Shown here in pieces: positions 1-13,364 of a stretch of DNA of 64,000 bases. The notes under the pieces are model-generated. The model saw only the letters and a list, made by a program, of their open reading frames with translations, did not search any database and was not told the DNA's origin. The first letter of the stretch is position 1, and each line of letters starts with the position of its first letter. Origin of the DNA: Phoronis australis. Lineage: Eukaryota > Animalia > Phoronida. The DNA is taken from positions 73,913-137,912 of the forward strand of contig NMRA01000680.1 of the NCBI GenBank assembly GCA_002633005.1. Reading direction: 5' to 3'. Position numbers and translations under genes: made by a program.

Positions 1-2880
1 GGTTTGTCGCGTAAAGTCACGATGTCGATAACTCACCGGCAATTTCCGGAGAGAGTCTAATAATTCAGTGGCTGTACTGTAGGAAGTGTTGGTAGACCGA
101 AGCTTTTTGCGAGAAAAGTAAGATCATACAAAACCATGCATAGGAGTGGGAGGCAACAAATTCGATGCCTGATAATCAGTGGAGAAATCTGGTTCTCAAA
201 TTGCAAGACCCTGGGAGTGATCACATCATCACAGGACAATATACCATGAAAGGGACTTCATCAAAGGTAACGGGGTATAGCCAAAGGCAGATCAGTAGGA
301 GCATTAATAAAGATTGAGCAGGTTACATCAAAGGTGCTTGGGTATTTCACCTTCCTATTGCCGGTGATATGGTCTCGATTAAGAAAATAAAGGGCTAGGG
401 ACAGGGGAATTTGAATATGCTACAAGGCCCTTTATGACTCAGTTTATCAAGAACACAATCCACGAGTTTACAGAAACAGAGGGCCTAAACAGTGCTTCGA
501 AAATCATCGATCAGACTTCTAACATCAGTATTGGCAGGGACTAATCTGAAACTAGTCTGAAAAACAGCTACAACAAGGAAGTTTCAATTTAAGGTAGACT
601 CACATGTTTGCATAGATGTGTATCTTATGGAATGCATTCATCAATGTCATCCATGTACCGGTCAGACTGGCATTTTGTATAATTGTCATGTTTATAAAGG
701 ATCATCATAGTGTGCATCACCACTGCACCAGCAATAACAACACGACTCAATCAACAGTGACAACATGATTAGACTACTGTACTATGTGCAGAGGACTAGG
801 CTTAGATGTAGGTGGCAATTGACGTTCGGTCTCTTCACATGCAGGTATGCCAGAAACACTCTTGTTTCTTAGCACAATAGAACCGTTTTTGTGTAATCAA
901 GCCACTCTTTTTGTTTTGTTGTATCAGCAATCACACAAGTTTACATGTAATATGTAACAAAACTGAAAACCTGTAATAAAATACATTTGCTATGTATTAC
1001 AAAAATAGGCCACATGAAATGCTAAAAATAATACTGTCTTAAAACTCCATTAATAATGGATCACTTGCTTTTTGAAGAACAACAACCACTTTGCAGCTAT
1101 ACTGAAACCAACTGTTTTCAACAACATTCCCCTTCATGTTGAGGTCGTGTTTAAACAACAAATCAGAAATAATGTGGTTTGTTTTTTCAGCCTCACAAAA
1201 GTACAGTATCTGAGAATATGGGCATTTTATCCAACTTACTGTGCCCAAACTGGTGGTGGGTAACGCCAGCTGTGATTTTCATTATCGTGTACCTGTGGCA
1301 GATGCTGAGAAGTGTCCTCTACAGTCAAAAGAACTATAAGAAGCAACCTTTCACCTGTATTTTGCTTATGCCTGTGAGTATTCCTTATAAAAACAGCTTT
1401 GGAAATCCAGTTAAGCACCCTCACTATGCACACGTGACTGAAAAAAACACTCCTGACATGAAACTTGGAATAAACTTTATTTTTTCCCTTCCAAAGCTCT
1501 GGCCACCCCCTGCAACATCCTAGATCTACATGTGTGCAGTCAGCGTCAGAGCGTTGTTTCGATACATAATGGTGCTTAGTTGTGTCAATGCTCCCTTGAA
1601 TCTGTAACAGATAGTGATAGGTACAACTATCTAAAATTGAATTGTCATTTTATTTTTGTTGTGTGTCTATTGAACAGGCAATTGACTTTAAGAATAACAA
1701 AAAAGTAAATTTGCATAGGCTGAGAGTGTGGTTTTGGGAATACTGACAGGGTTATTGGTGTACATGTTTTCACGTTTATTACTGTATGCAGTCCTTGTTA
1801 TCCATTTAGCTAAATAAGCAACTGAAAGCTCAGGGGCATGCATGAAACAGGGGCCTCTATTTTGTCACTTTATGTGCCTCTCGAAGTCATGGTGACTGCG
1901 GAGGGAGAGGGGCAGTACGATATTTGTGATGACGTAATTTAAGTAAAAGCGTCCCAGGGATAGGTTTCATGAAAAATGACTTAAGACAGAGATTTGGTCT
2001 CGCAATCCACATAAATGTTTCAGACAAATATTTAAAATTCAGTTTAGCAAATAAATAAATTATCTGAAGATATATTTATAACTTAACTTAATGAGAAAAT
2101 TTGAACAAATTATTTCCAGGCTATTATGTATTAATGATTACTGGACTAAACCTTTAGTTGGGAGTTGAGAAGTGGAAATACTATTACGGCCCTGACAGTA
2201 CGTCTGTGGCATGAATATTCATTAAAGACTATCTATGGATTATTGAAAGGTTCATAATAAGGTCCGGTTTTAATCAAACTAAACAAAACACAATAAAACA
2301 CACTCTTTCTTTGACAGTTTTGTTTAGTGTTTGCCTGAAATGTAAGTATAAGTTCCACAATAGCCGTGACAATGCATTGCCAACAATACATTCTATAAGG
2401 TATTCAGCTGCTGAAGTACACCCGGTAATGAATGTTTTTTATCTTGTGTATGTCTATGAAGAAAATTTATTTTCATTTTTGATTCAGGACTTTTGGTTTC
2501 TTCGTCATAAATGAGGAATTGGCAAGAGTCTACTGTAATGACATGCTGACCTTCGACAAAGGTACCAACTACAACAAAAGGCACCTACCCCAACATGTTT
2601 TCACATTACAAGGGTTTTGTCACAAATCGTACAGCTTTATCTACTTTGCCTGGAGTCAAACAAATTATGTTATTTACTCAGGCACCATATTTTATGCGTC
2701 AAAAGCATAAATTCGTTTTGCCCACTACTTAGTACTCAGATAAATGTGATTTCTTCATGGTACTAGCAACAAAATTGTCGCCCAATATCGTTTTTTTAGT
2801 TTCATAATGAAAATTAGATGATGACTTAATTGTAATGAAACAGAATTATTGAAGTTGCTACAAACCAACATTCCATCAAT

Positions 2881-3890
2881 ATTAAAAAACGGACAATCGC
2901 TTCACAAGTATAAAAGTTTATGTTCATTCAACGTTTCGTCTATTCATTAGACATCATCAGGATAATTGTATTCAAATAACAGCAAATGCCAACATACAGC
3001 TCAGGTAACATCCATAAAGTGAACTAAGAGATACAGGGAATAGTAAGTAGTTGGTCATCACTATAGTTGCAGAGTCACTAAACTCTACATGTTATTCAGA
3101 GAATCAGTTGCATGCTCATCCTGAATGGCCATAGACTCTTTAATGTACAGTAATTCCTTTACAAGTTCTGTACAGATAATACTGAATTAGCTTGGTGATT
3201 GTTCCTAACACAATGCCTATGTTGGTTTTCTCTGAGGTGTGACGGTCTTTCAGCCTGTCACAGAGGCGTCTCTGGGTGAGTCCGATATAGGATTCCTTAC
3301 AGCTGTCGCATTCAACCTTATAAACAACATTGCTATTTCTTAATAAACGGTTGGGTAACTTCAGTTAACACAGCATATTGGAAAGTTTACGAAGAGGTTT
3401 GAAAACAAATATCAGTTCAAGGGCTGAGTCTAAGGGAAGAATATGGCGAGATAATTAATGTTCCAATTTTATACTACCTGGCCAGGTGTAACCAAGAGAG
3501 AAGGAAATTTTCTTTTTTCGGGTGGAATAACAGCTACGTTATCCGCCTTATTCAATTTTGAAAAGTAGTGCCTTTTATAACTATTCAAAAAATACTTAGA
3601 GGGTAACCATTGACACGCAATAAAGGAATTACTGCACATTAAAGAGTCATTGGCATTCAGAACCCTATGCTACTGATTCTCTGAATAACATGCAGAGCTC
3701 AGTGACCCTGCAACTATGGTGAGGACCAGATACTTAATATTCCCTGTATTTCTTACTTCACTTGATGGATGTTACCTGATTTGTATGTTCGCACTTGTTG
3801 TCTTTTTAGAAAATTATCTTGATGATTTCTAATGAAACGTTGAATGAACATGAACTTTTTTATTTGTGTATCGATCGTCCGTTTTTCAAT
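2881..3890 (-). mobile_element. Truncated Penelope-like retroelement (3' end: RT C-terminus and GIY-YIG remnant) between ~250-bp inverted pseudo-LTRs
   Basis: Minus-strand translation of ~3240-3335 gives SNVVYKVECDSCKESYIGLTQRRLCDRLKD (Penelope GIY-YIG signature) and ~3595-3627 gives PLLRVNGYPLS. 2881-3130 is the degenerate reverse complement of ~3645-3890. attccatcaata occurs at 2870-2881 and 3916-3927 (possible TSD). Confidence 0.85.
2929..2967 (-). ncRNA. Minimal hammerhead ribozyme core in the Penelope pLTR
   Basis: Minus strand reads cCTGATGA-t-gtcta-atgaa-tagac-GAAAcgtt: conserved CUGAUGA and GAAA cores, 5-bp stem II and palindromic AACGTT stem III. Stem I is degenerate. Confidence 0.65.
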
Positions 3891-6800
3891 CTTACTAAGG
3901 CTAAAAACTGATTCAATTCCATCAATAATAAACTAACTTTTGATTTACACAATTTTCCACATCAAACCTCCTTTCACTAAGTTTCTTTACGCATGTGAGG
4001 ATGGGTTTCTTGGCTTGTAACGAATTCGCCTAGAAAAATGACATGCTGTTTCAAGTCAAATTGATAAGCTGAGGCGTGAGCTATAACGAACTGTCAATTC
4101 TTTCTAATTCCAGGAATCACTTGTACTTTCAGTAAGGAATGGAACGTTACAATAGTCAAAATCAAGAGTTGGTTTATTTCAAGGAAGGCAGGTTGATATC
4201 AGCTTTAACAGCAATGACATTATCACGTTAACGAACAGAATGGGTTTTCAGTGTCAAAGTTTAACTTGCACAACATCAAATGCATTTCACTGCAGTAATT
4301 ATCAACGTAACAGACATGCAAATGCAAACAATAGTTGCTGCATGATGGATCAACAAAAGTGGATGATACGGGTTGATTGAGTCAACCTGAACCAAGTTAC
4401 ATGAACGCTTCAATTGCAAAGCAGGTACTGTATCACTGTCTTGGAGTCGCATGTATGCAAACAGTATTGTTGGTTTACTTATATAAAAGTAAAATGTCAG
4501 ACTTATATACTGTAGGGTAAACGAGTGAGATGAAAAATGTTGCTCTGCCTTTTTGTATTGACTACACTCTATATCCACGTCAAGCTTCTGTGCAAAAGTA
4601 ACTTTAAACCATTGACCTCAAGGCAATGGAGTGGGTGACTCCTGGAAGTAATATTTCATGTTTGTGCACGTCTTGTTTTTCTCTCAATCATCTGCTCATT
4701 ATGGACGCCATAGGCAGTGAAGTATGGACCTTTCATAATCCATGACTGCATACTTCTAGGATTTCTCACTGAAGTACCCGTGTAGCCTGTACGTGCAAAA
4801 GATTGTGAAAAGTTACAATGTAATTGAGCACTGAAACACTGAAACCAAAGATACAGTGCAAAGAAAACCACAGTTGGGCTCCAATAGGGATAACGTACCC
4901 ATGCCACCGACTGAATGCTAGTATCAACAGGTGAGAGAGGTTGCAGGTGAGAAAGATGATGCAAGAACTAATGCACGTATTGCCATTTGATTCTTGGTAT
5001 GATTCTTCACCGCATCATAACTTTTGAGGCCCATTGCAAAGCACTTCATGGTTTACATGGATCCTATAGTTCTAAGACTGGAAATTGAACCCATGGCAAC
5101 ATGGTTGTGTCCCAAGTGCTACTCAGCAGCCGTTGCATTAATATAAAGTTACCAAAGAACAGTTTTATCAAGCTCAAACAAGGTTTATACTATTATCGTA
5201 TATCAGTAAGCTATAAGTAACCAACATTGAGAGACGCTAGAGTTGCAATTTTGTTAAGAACAATTACTTTGGCTATAAAACCGTGTTCTATCCACGCAAC
5301 CTAACTTTTGATTTTAACCACTTATAAGAATAAAATTGATCTTGGCGTTTTCCTTATTCAGATGAAAAATAATTTTTGGTTTTGTAAGGAACTGGTAGTT
5401 CACTGTGGTTGAGACCATGTCAGCTGAATGAAATGGCATGTTGTGACAAGTCAACCTAAAGAAACTGTCTCAAGTAGAAACAAATCGCTAGAAAAAATTC
5501 ACACCAATTTTTACCAAAGACCAATTCGAGATTAATTTATACTAATGATACGTGGTCTAAACGAAAAGTTGATTTTCGTGACAGAAGCCATGCTTTTATC
5601 CACTTAAAATTCCAATAGAGCATAGAGCAGACACAAACCTTCGATGCAGATTGTAAGGATCTAGGTGACAAAGATGATAAGTACGTGGGTGAACAACAGC
5701 TCTGAATCCCTGCAAGACGACAATAGTGACATTTGTAAGAAGCTATTCAGTTTAAACATCATTCTGAGGGCCCCTATTGTGAAAACTCATACCTCTATAT
5801 ATGAATCTGAAACAGTGACAACGAATCGACACATGGAATCATACAAAGGCGAATTTTCAAAATAAGGTTTTTGGAAATCGTGATTGCTCCCCACACCAAA
5901 ATGATGCACTGTACACAGAATTTCAACCAGCAACTGAGTTAAACGAAACAATGATATCTTTGGTTAGAACTGTGAGTTGAATAAAATGTGAAATGTCACT
6001 CCATGAGATACTAAGTTTCAGATGTATGGGATGTTCTCGAGTTTTGTGCTGCCTCTACTTGTTGGTGTGTTGCAAGTTGTCTTGAGAGTGAGAGAACCTG
6101 CCTCTGCAACGTCAGTTGTCACATGACGTGTCCTCTAGGATGTTACTAGCCAAATCCTGTGTGGCACTTTATTGCCCACAAATTTGATAATGTCTATGTC
6201 TTTTTGTAAGACTGGATGCATTTTGGAAATACCAGTATTATTCATGGGAACAGCAGTATGTAAAATACTTGTGGGCAATACTTTATAGCACAGAGGTTGA
6301 AGGTACGTACACTACACAGGGGCACGTAAACTACATTTCCATTACTTGTCAGGTTTATAAAAATACTTAGAATCAACTGAGAGTTAGTTCATTGACCAAA
6401 TCTATTCAAAGAGAATAAATAAAAAGTACAACATGCATGTACAATTCCACCTATCATTCTTTGAAAACAGGCACATGTTAAAATAAAGGGATACGTACAC
6501 AGGCAATACTTTCATTAGCAGTGACCACTTGTGTTATTGAATTCCACATGGGGGACCCATTTTCAACATAGCAGAACCCAGTCAATATCCAAACTTTTGG
6601 TTTGTTTAGATATTGATTAATTTGCTGTGGGCCTGTGTTTGCCTAGGCCAACATATTTATCAGAACTTTTTATTACAGAGTGTCAAATTTAGCTTTTAAC
6701 CTTCTTTACAGTAGGTGAGGGTTAGAAACACAGAATTTACAAATTTCATAACCAGTGTCTCTTTTATGATAAACCCTACCATTTCTCATTGATTAAGCAG

Positions 6801-8672
6801 AACTTCATCTACTGGTGACAGTTGAAAATTGTAATTTTTAAAATGGCAAATCGTAACCATAAAAATACATGAAATTCATAGACAAAAACATGCATAAATT
6901 TCTCAATCATTGTCCGATTTTGACGATTCTTTTATAATTTGCACAACTAAATAACTCTTTGCATGAGAGATTCAGTTGGCATTTGGTAAGTAACCAAAAA
7001 TTATTTTAGACCGTAACACTGTCAACTCTCGAATATGGACTTTGATTTTGATTTAGCTGTTGCCCTTGCCAAGATCTTCTTTACAATCTTCCACAATTTT
7101 CTCTGTACGCTGTAGCAAATCTTTTAGCTTCAACTACAGTGTACTATAGCTCATCTGAATACCACGTTAATTTCAGCGCAAATTATAATACTCTGCTTAT
7201 TTACCGACTGGATAATAAAAACCAGATGATCTTATCTAATCATTTCGTTTGCGGTTCGATTTGCTTTAAACATTTCTAGAATCTCCATTGTGCTTTAACC
7301 CCAGTAGCGAAGACCGTCTAAAAAGATGTTGACGTTAAAATACATGTCAACAAGTTTGATCCCGTGATTTAAAAGTACATATGCACAAGTTTTGGGCAAC
7401 TTAAAATGGATCAGTTTGCCATTTTGTTTTTAAACTCACTGATTATTGTTTATTCTCGAATTTTGTCCATAGCAGATTCTTTTCCAGCTAGCTACGATTG
7501 AAAACATACTTTGCTTCCTTGTTTGTTATAGACAAGTTAACACAAAACTTAAAACTGCTCAAAGGCCTCCTTAAGAAAGCTCTAAATTAGTTTTACACAT
7601 AAACAAATCATATGCAAATAAAAGGAATACTTCGTTTTGATCGTTGGATATTTCTGCTGGTCAACAGGACAATGACAATTCGCAAACGTAATCGGTAATC
7701 AGTTCAGCACAACCGCACTGCATGAGGCTTTAAAACTGAAGCAATATTGTGGTTTGAATAATTAGTGACAAACTTGCCTGCTGATAAAAAATTTATTCGA
7801 TCATCAAAGTGTAACACTAACGGGCTTTTTACTGACAATAAGACAATCGATGCGGTCCCTGAATGTCATATCAGCACAACGAATACCAAGTTGAAAAGTT
7901 TTTACCATTACTATAAAGCCTTTCTTTTGAAAGGAAAAGTTAATGTCACTCAGTGAGAAAGGACAGGTACTTATACGAGGTTCTTTTGGTTTTCATGTCA
8001 CTGGGATCGAGTTTCAATGGCCTCTAGAAGCGCTTGTAAAAATGTCCAGTCGTGGCACGTGGCCTACCTTCACGTAACATCATTCAGCCTCTATAACATC
8101 CACCGTTAGATCCTTGAAGGTAAACACAACATCATATCACTTGACTAGCTTTGTGCCCAAAATCTGACCCTCAACTTGACCATAGTGTTACTAGGACTTC
8201 TCAAGCTTTAGTCCCCCATGTTTCTTCTGGGAAATGGAATAATCCATTGTTGTCCACACACGACTCATTGCCCATGAAAGGATATCCTAACCAATGAGGC
8301 TGGTTGGTGTAGCAGTCAGATATAGTTCCTCTTCACATGCAAACAATCCACTGGCACATTTTCGTATGGTAACTTAGTACTGCGATTCACTTTTCTCCAG
8401 GACCACTGGCTTGTACATTGTGCCACGCAGCACTGCTTGTGTGTGGACGACATGCTGTGGGAAGAGAAAGAGTAACAAAGCTTGTATGTGTTGAAGCTTG
8501 AAGTGGCCTTTAAAATGTCACTGAACCTGGAAAAATATTGAAACATGAATAATTAAGTACATCAGGTAGGATCAAAAACGTTGTCCTTGTTTTTCAAAAA
8601 TATTATATGGAAACTGTTTTACACTTTCACACAAAATTAAATAAGTACTATTTCCAGAAAGCAAGGGTGTAC

Positions 8673-8708
8673 ATAATATAATATAATATAATATAATATA
8701 ATATAATA
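8673..8708. repeat. (ATAAT)n pentanucleotide microsatellite
   Basis: ataatataatataat... about 7 units, read directly. Confidence 0.95.
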
Positions 8709-9492
8709 AGCATTGACTTGTATAGAACTACATCTTTATTTTTCATCCCTAGCCATAGCAATGCTTTAAACGCATGATGGGTCTGTCAAGCACACTTCTG
8801 GTCTAAGGCTGAGGGAACCGTTTCTCAGATTTTTCTTCTAATAGAGGAAACGAAAACTTGGTCATTTAAAAATGATGGATAATCTCTCTGTTTTTTAGGA
8901 GTAATTAAAAATCCTGAGGCACCATTGTTTGCGTATTGGCAGTAAGAATAATATGTTAAAACACGACCTCACTCGATAGTTCACATCAAAAATGCAATTC
9001 TCACAAAAATGACCGTCATATGAATTTACTGTAATACTGTAATATATTTTAGGGGTTTTCAGTGGATAGCAAAACAGTTTCATGAAACGTGAAAAAATTG
9101 ATGAACTTTAAGAATTACCTCACCATCTTCTTTCCTCCGCACACCATTACCTGTTATTTCCACACATTCAGTTGCACCAAATTTTACAACCCCAACCCCC
9201 ATGCCAATCTCCCGCTAAGGACCTGAATAAGTAAATTAACAAAACAACTTACATACATTTCTTTAAAAATAGCTGTCCCTTTGCAAAGACTTTGTTCTTT
9301 TTCTCCGATATAGAAAGTAGGCTTTGGCAACATATCTGCACTCGATAGGAAGATTTTTCTGGTTAGCTGCCTGCAGCCCAAATTATAGCTTGTCGTAAAA
9401 TACTCCTCGATGGGAAGTGGTGACGAAAATTTTAAAAAACCGCACGACAACAAAAGTAGTACAGATCCTCACAGTAAACTCAACACAGAACC

Positions 9493-9653
9493 AAATTGGC
9501 GCGAAATTCTTGCCTCCCAAAACGTCACTTCCGGAGTAGAGGACGAGTAATTAATTAAATTACGAAAAGTTAAATCTAATGAAAAATGAGTCTAGGATAG
9601 TCAACGAACCTTATTTTTGCTCAAAATGACATGAAAAAAGGTTGCCTTCGCCT
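9493..9653 (-). mobile_element. Solo terminal fragment of the TTAA-flanked THAP/DDE transposon family
   Basis: Closely similar to 30510-30672; ends ggttgccttcgcct followed by TTAA (9654-9657). Confidence 0.85.
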
Positions 9654-10984
9654 TTAAAGTAACACAGTTGCAGCAGTATAGATAACACTCGACAGGCAAC
9701 CAGGCCCTGAACGTACATGTAACATCTGGTACAAAACTGTTAACTATATGACAGTTTTGTCTGCTTTCAATTGCTAAATATTATATCGTCTATAACCCAG
9801 GCGCCGATTCCTCAGTAACTACAATATCAAACATTGTTGTTAATTTACTATTTTCAGGAGATGTTACAACTTCAATGCACAGTTACCGATGTCTATATCA
9901 TTTTTATCTCTTTTCAAGCAATAAATCGTTACATTTAAAACTGTTTCTTTTACTAGACAAAACCTGCAACCTAACGCGCAAATACATACATATAGGATGT
10001 GATCCACCAAGAGAACATTCTTAGTGAAGTATTTAAAAAATCTGGCGAAAATCTGAAAGAAACTTAGGAATTCGAAGCGTATGGGATCAATAGAAAACGT
10101 GCCTCGCGACATTATTCCGCGTATCGATACGCAGAATAATGTCGAGTGGGACATTACTTCATCTACGCCACTCTCGGTAAGTATTGCGTATTTACCCGAG
10201 TAATCTGGTGGTACTGATGTATTGGGACTTTTGCCACCGCATACTTATTTTCGGCTAGTCGCCTCTGAGCAGCATTCATTATTTATATTTTTACATGTAC
10301 TGTGTATTGCCGTTGTGCGTTGATAAACATACATGTATACTGTAAGACAGCTTTAATGCCATGGAACAAATCCCCTGCTGGATATTTTATATATTCAGGT
10401 GTGAAGTGACACGCAGCTCTTATCGCTTTTTCTCTCGATCTGTTTTTATAATAAATGACATACACGACTTATTTACATAAAAAAGCCAAAATATCGATGA
10501 AACGTCCTTTTCAGGTACTCAAAACAATATGGTTGTCCTTCCAGTGGGACGTGACCTTATCTCGGCACCTTCACCGCACCTACAAAGGAACCAAAAAAAT
10601 AACGCTTTGGACCTTATACATGATTGTACTACATGTGCTGCTACTGTGGTTCCGATCATCGCCAAGTCGAAATGCGCGCTTTACGGAATATTCCCGCATT
10701 TTTTACTCAGGGTGAACACTTTTGTTTCAGAAATGGCATTTTATGAAGTTTTAATTTCACTTGTGAGACTTCTTTTATTGGATTCAACATGACATATGGA
10801 ATACCAGGTTAAATTTTAGTGAAGTATCCTCATTTAGTTTTTAAGATTTGGGTTGTTGAAATAACAACTTGATCACTGAGCATCAACATAAAAAACTAGG
10901 TTCACACCTATGTATGCTTCACAAGGTGTGAGTATACAAATAAAACATAGCAATTGTACTTAATCATTAGACATACTTAAGCCC

Positions 10985-11970
10985 TTAACTATCATCAGAG
11001 TCACATCACTGTCAAAAGGGATGCATAATTCCATAAACTACCGTCATAGAAGTGCAGGAAAATACTTTTCATTATCAATAAACATTGTTTGCACAATTAA
11101 ATCGCATATAACACAGGTCAGTGAGGGGCTACGGAGAATACAAAATGCGAAGGTAACTATTCGTGGGAAGAAAATACTGTAGCAATGCAATAGAATTCAT
11201 TTACTTGTCAATACTACCACTTTTGAATTACAAAAAACAGTTGTGTTTAGAAAAAGGGAGATAATACCGTCTTAATTTTCTTCACACTTGTGCAAATACA
11301 AAAGTATAACATAATGGAACTTAAAATTTTATCCTGGGACATACTGTCATCAGAGTCACATCATCATCAATGAGATGCCTATAACCATCAACTACCATCA
11401 AAGAAATACAGGATAGCACTTTTCATCATCAGATAACATTGAATGCGTAAATCTCACATAGCACAGAGGTCATGGAGGGGGGGGGGGATGCTACGGAGAA
11501 TACGAAATAGGCAGATACCTGTTTATAAGTTGATGAACACTTGAGCAATGCAATAGAATTCATTTACTTGTTAATACCGACACTTCTGAATGACTAAAGA
11601 ACATTCATGTTTTATTAATAACGAGTTTAAACTGAAAAAGTAATTTTAGCTAAACTTGCCTCAAATCCCACCCATAAATATATTTTTTTAATTGTTCTTG
11701 TCTTGGAGAGTTTATTTGTTTCTATTTCCTCAGTACATACACCTACATGTACATGTAGATACAATTTTTTCAAACCATGTACTAACAATTCAAAGTTGGG
11801 GGCTACGGAGAATACGAAGACATTTTTGCTTATGATCAATTCAAATCCAGGGCGTGGTCTAATATTTTTGTGGGCCAAAAATAGCTTCAAGATTCCCAAT
11901 GTGCAGTATCAAATATATTTTATTTATGGAAAATTTAATGGAATTCAGACAGGGCTACGGAGAATACACA
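10985..11970. repeat. Degenerate ~360-bp tandem duplication with recurring GGCTACGGAGAATAC motif
   Basis: catcagagtcacatca...gcaatgcaatagaattcatttacttgt occurs at ~10993-11208 and ~11349-11571; gctacggagaatac at ~11128, 11490, 11802 and 11954. Confidence 0.75.
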
Positions 11971-13364
11971 GTTTTTCTTAGGTGACTGTGATATTATTTG
12001 GCTGAGGAATCCAATCACTAGGACATCTGTTACAACTATGTGGTTTCTTATTCAAATTCTACATACCATCAACCATTAAAAATACAGTTCAAAACACTTA
12101 GCTAGTAAGGATTTTCTTTTTCAGACATGACTGTAAGAGATGGAGTATATGCAAATTTACGTGTTTTGAATAACATTGACATCATTTTGCAAGTGTGCCT
12201 GAAAATTGTGTTTGACTTCTCAGATCCTTGCAATTTCCTGAAGAAAAATAAGAAATACATGTTAAGATCATGAAAAAACATTAAATTTCAATTAAATGTG
12301 TGATTTAATTAAATGCCATATGTATTAAAAACATGTAGTGTTTCAGTGGAACAAAATAACGATGGATTTCTGGCTATTTTCAGTTATATCAATGATCACT
12401 CTGGCCATAATTAACATTTTTTCATACTTTAAGATGCGTAAATGTCATAAGTACCGGTGCTAAAACAAGATCACCATACAAATATCTGCCAAAGGTGAAG
12501 GAATTCTGTCAATATGATTGCATGACATAAAAAATCTGCACCCTGGGTGAAAACATGCCTTCCGCTTAATTGTAATTGACATCGAAACCATGATGATTTG
12601 TTTACGCTAACAGACGTCCAAGCAAGAGCACAAGGCTTCCCAGTAGAAACAACGAGGGCTACTTACGCTAAAACAATGTTTCCTCAGTAAATGTAAGCCA
12701 GACGTTGATTTTGTCGGAGCAACTGTGTGAAGAAGGGGAGCGAGCATGGAAATTTCCAAACAAAAAGTGCAAAATATTAACAGCATCCTGTGACTGCTGT
12801 TTTCAAGCAAATCTCTCACTGTGACTCTGATATCGGCTTTACATTTTCGATACAACGGAAATTTTGGAATTTCAACTCACTTTTGTACATATTCAAAAGC
12901 TTTAACGTTTTAATATAATGCTCATTCCAGAGGTCATTGTACGTCACGGAGAAACAGAAGTCGGTTAAAAATTGTATACAATGGTGGAAGAATAAATCGA
13001 TAATACGATGCAAAGCAGTAAAGATCAGGCTCTAATATTACGGCTCATTGCCCAGGTTTATTAGAGGAAAAATTGCCTCAGAACAAAATGCACATGTGTC
13101 TCAGATGGCTAAAAATCTTATGGATAAAATGGTTGGAAAATCCGTTATGGTCGCATAAGCACATGTCTCTTGGCGTTGAATGTCCATTGGACACACTGAT
13201 ACCAAAGATTACAACATGGTCACTTTGACCAAGCTGTTCCCACAAAGATCTAAATTTTTGTCGAAGGAGCGACAATGATTGCCAGATTGAGTAGAAGTGC
13301 GTTTCAATCCACGAAAGATCCTGTCCCATGAAGATTCTTCTAATAATTATTCGTCCACAAACTT

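Noticed and set aside
170-235. C/D-box snoRNA candidate (GTGATGA...CTGA on minus)
   Set aside because: Box spacing is short, with no adjacent terminal stem or recognisable rRNA antisense element
8390-8412. Antizyme-like +1 frameshift site (TGG TCC TGG on minus)
   Set aside because: Lacks the required TCC-TGA stop and no antizyme ORF2 follows
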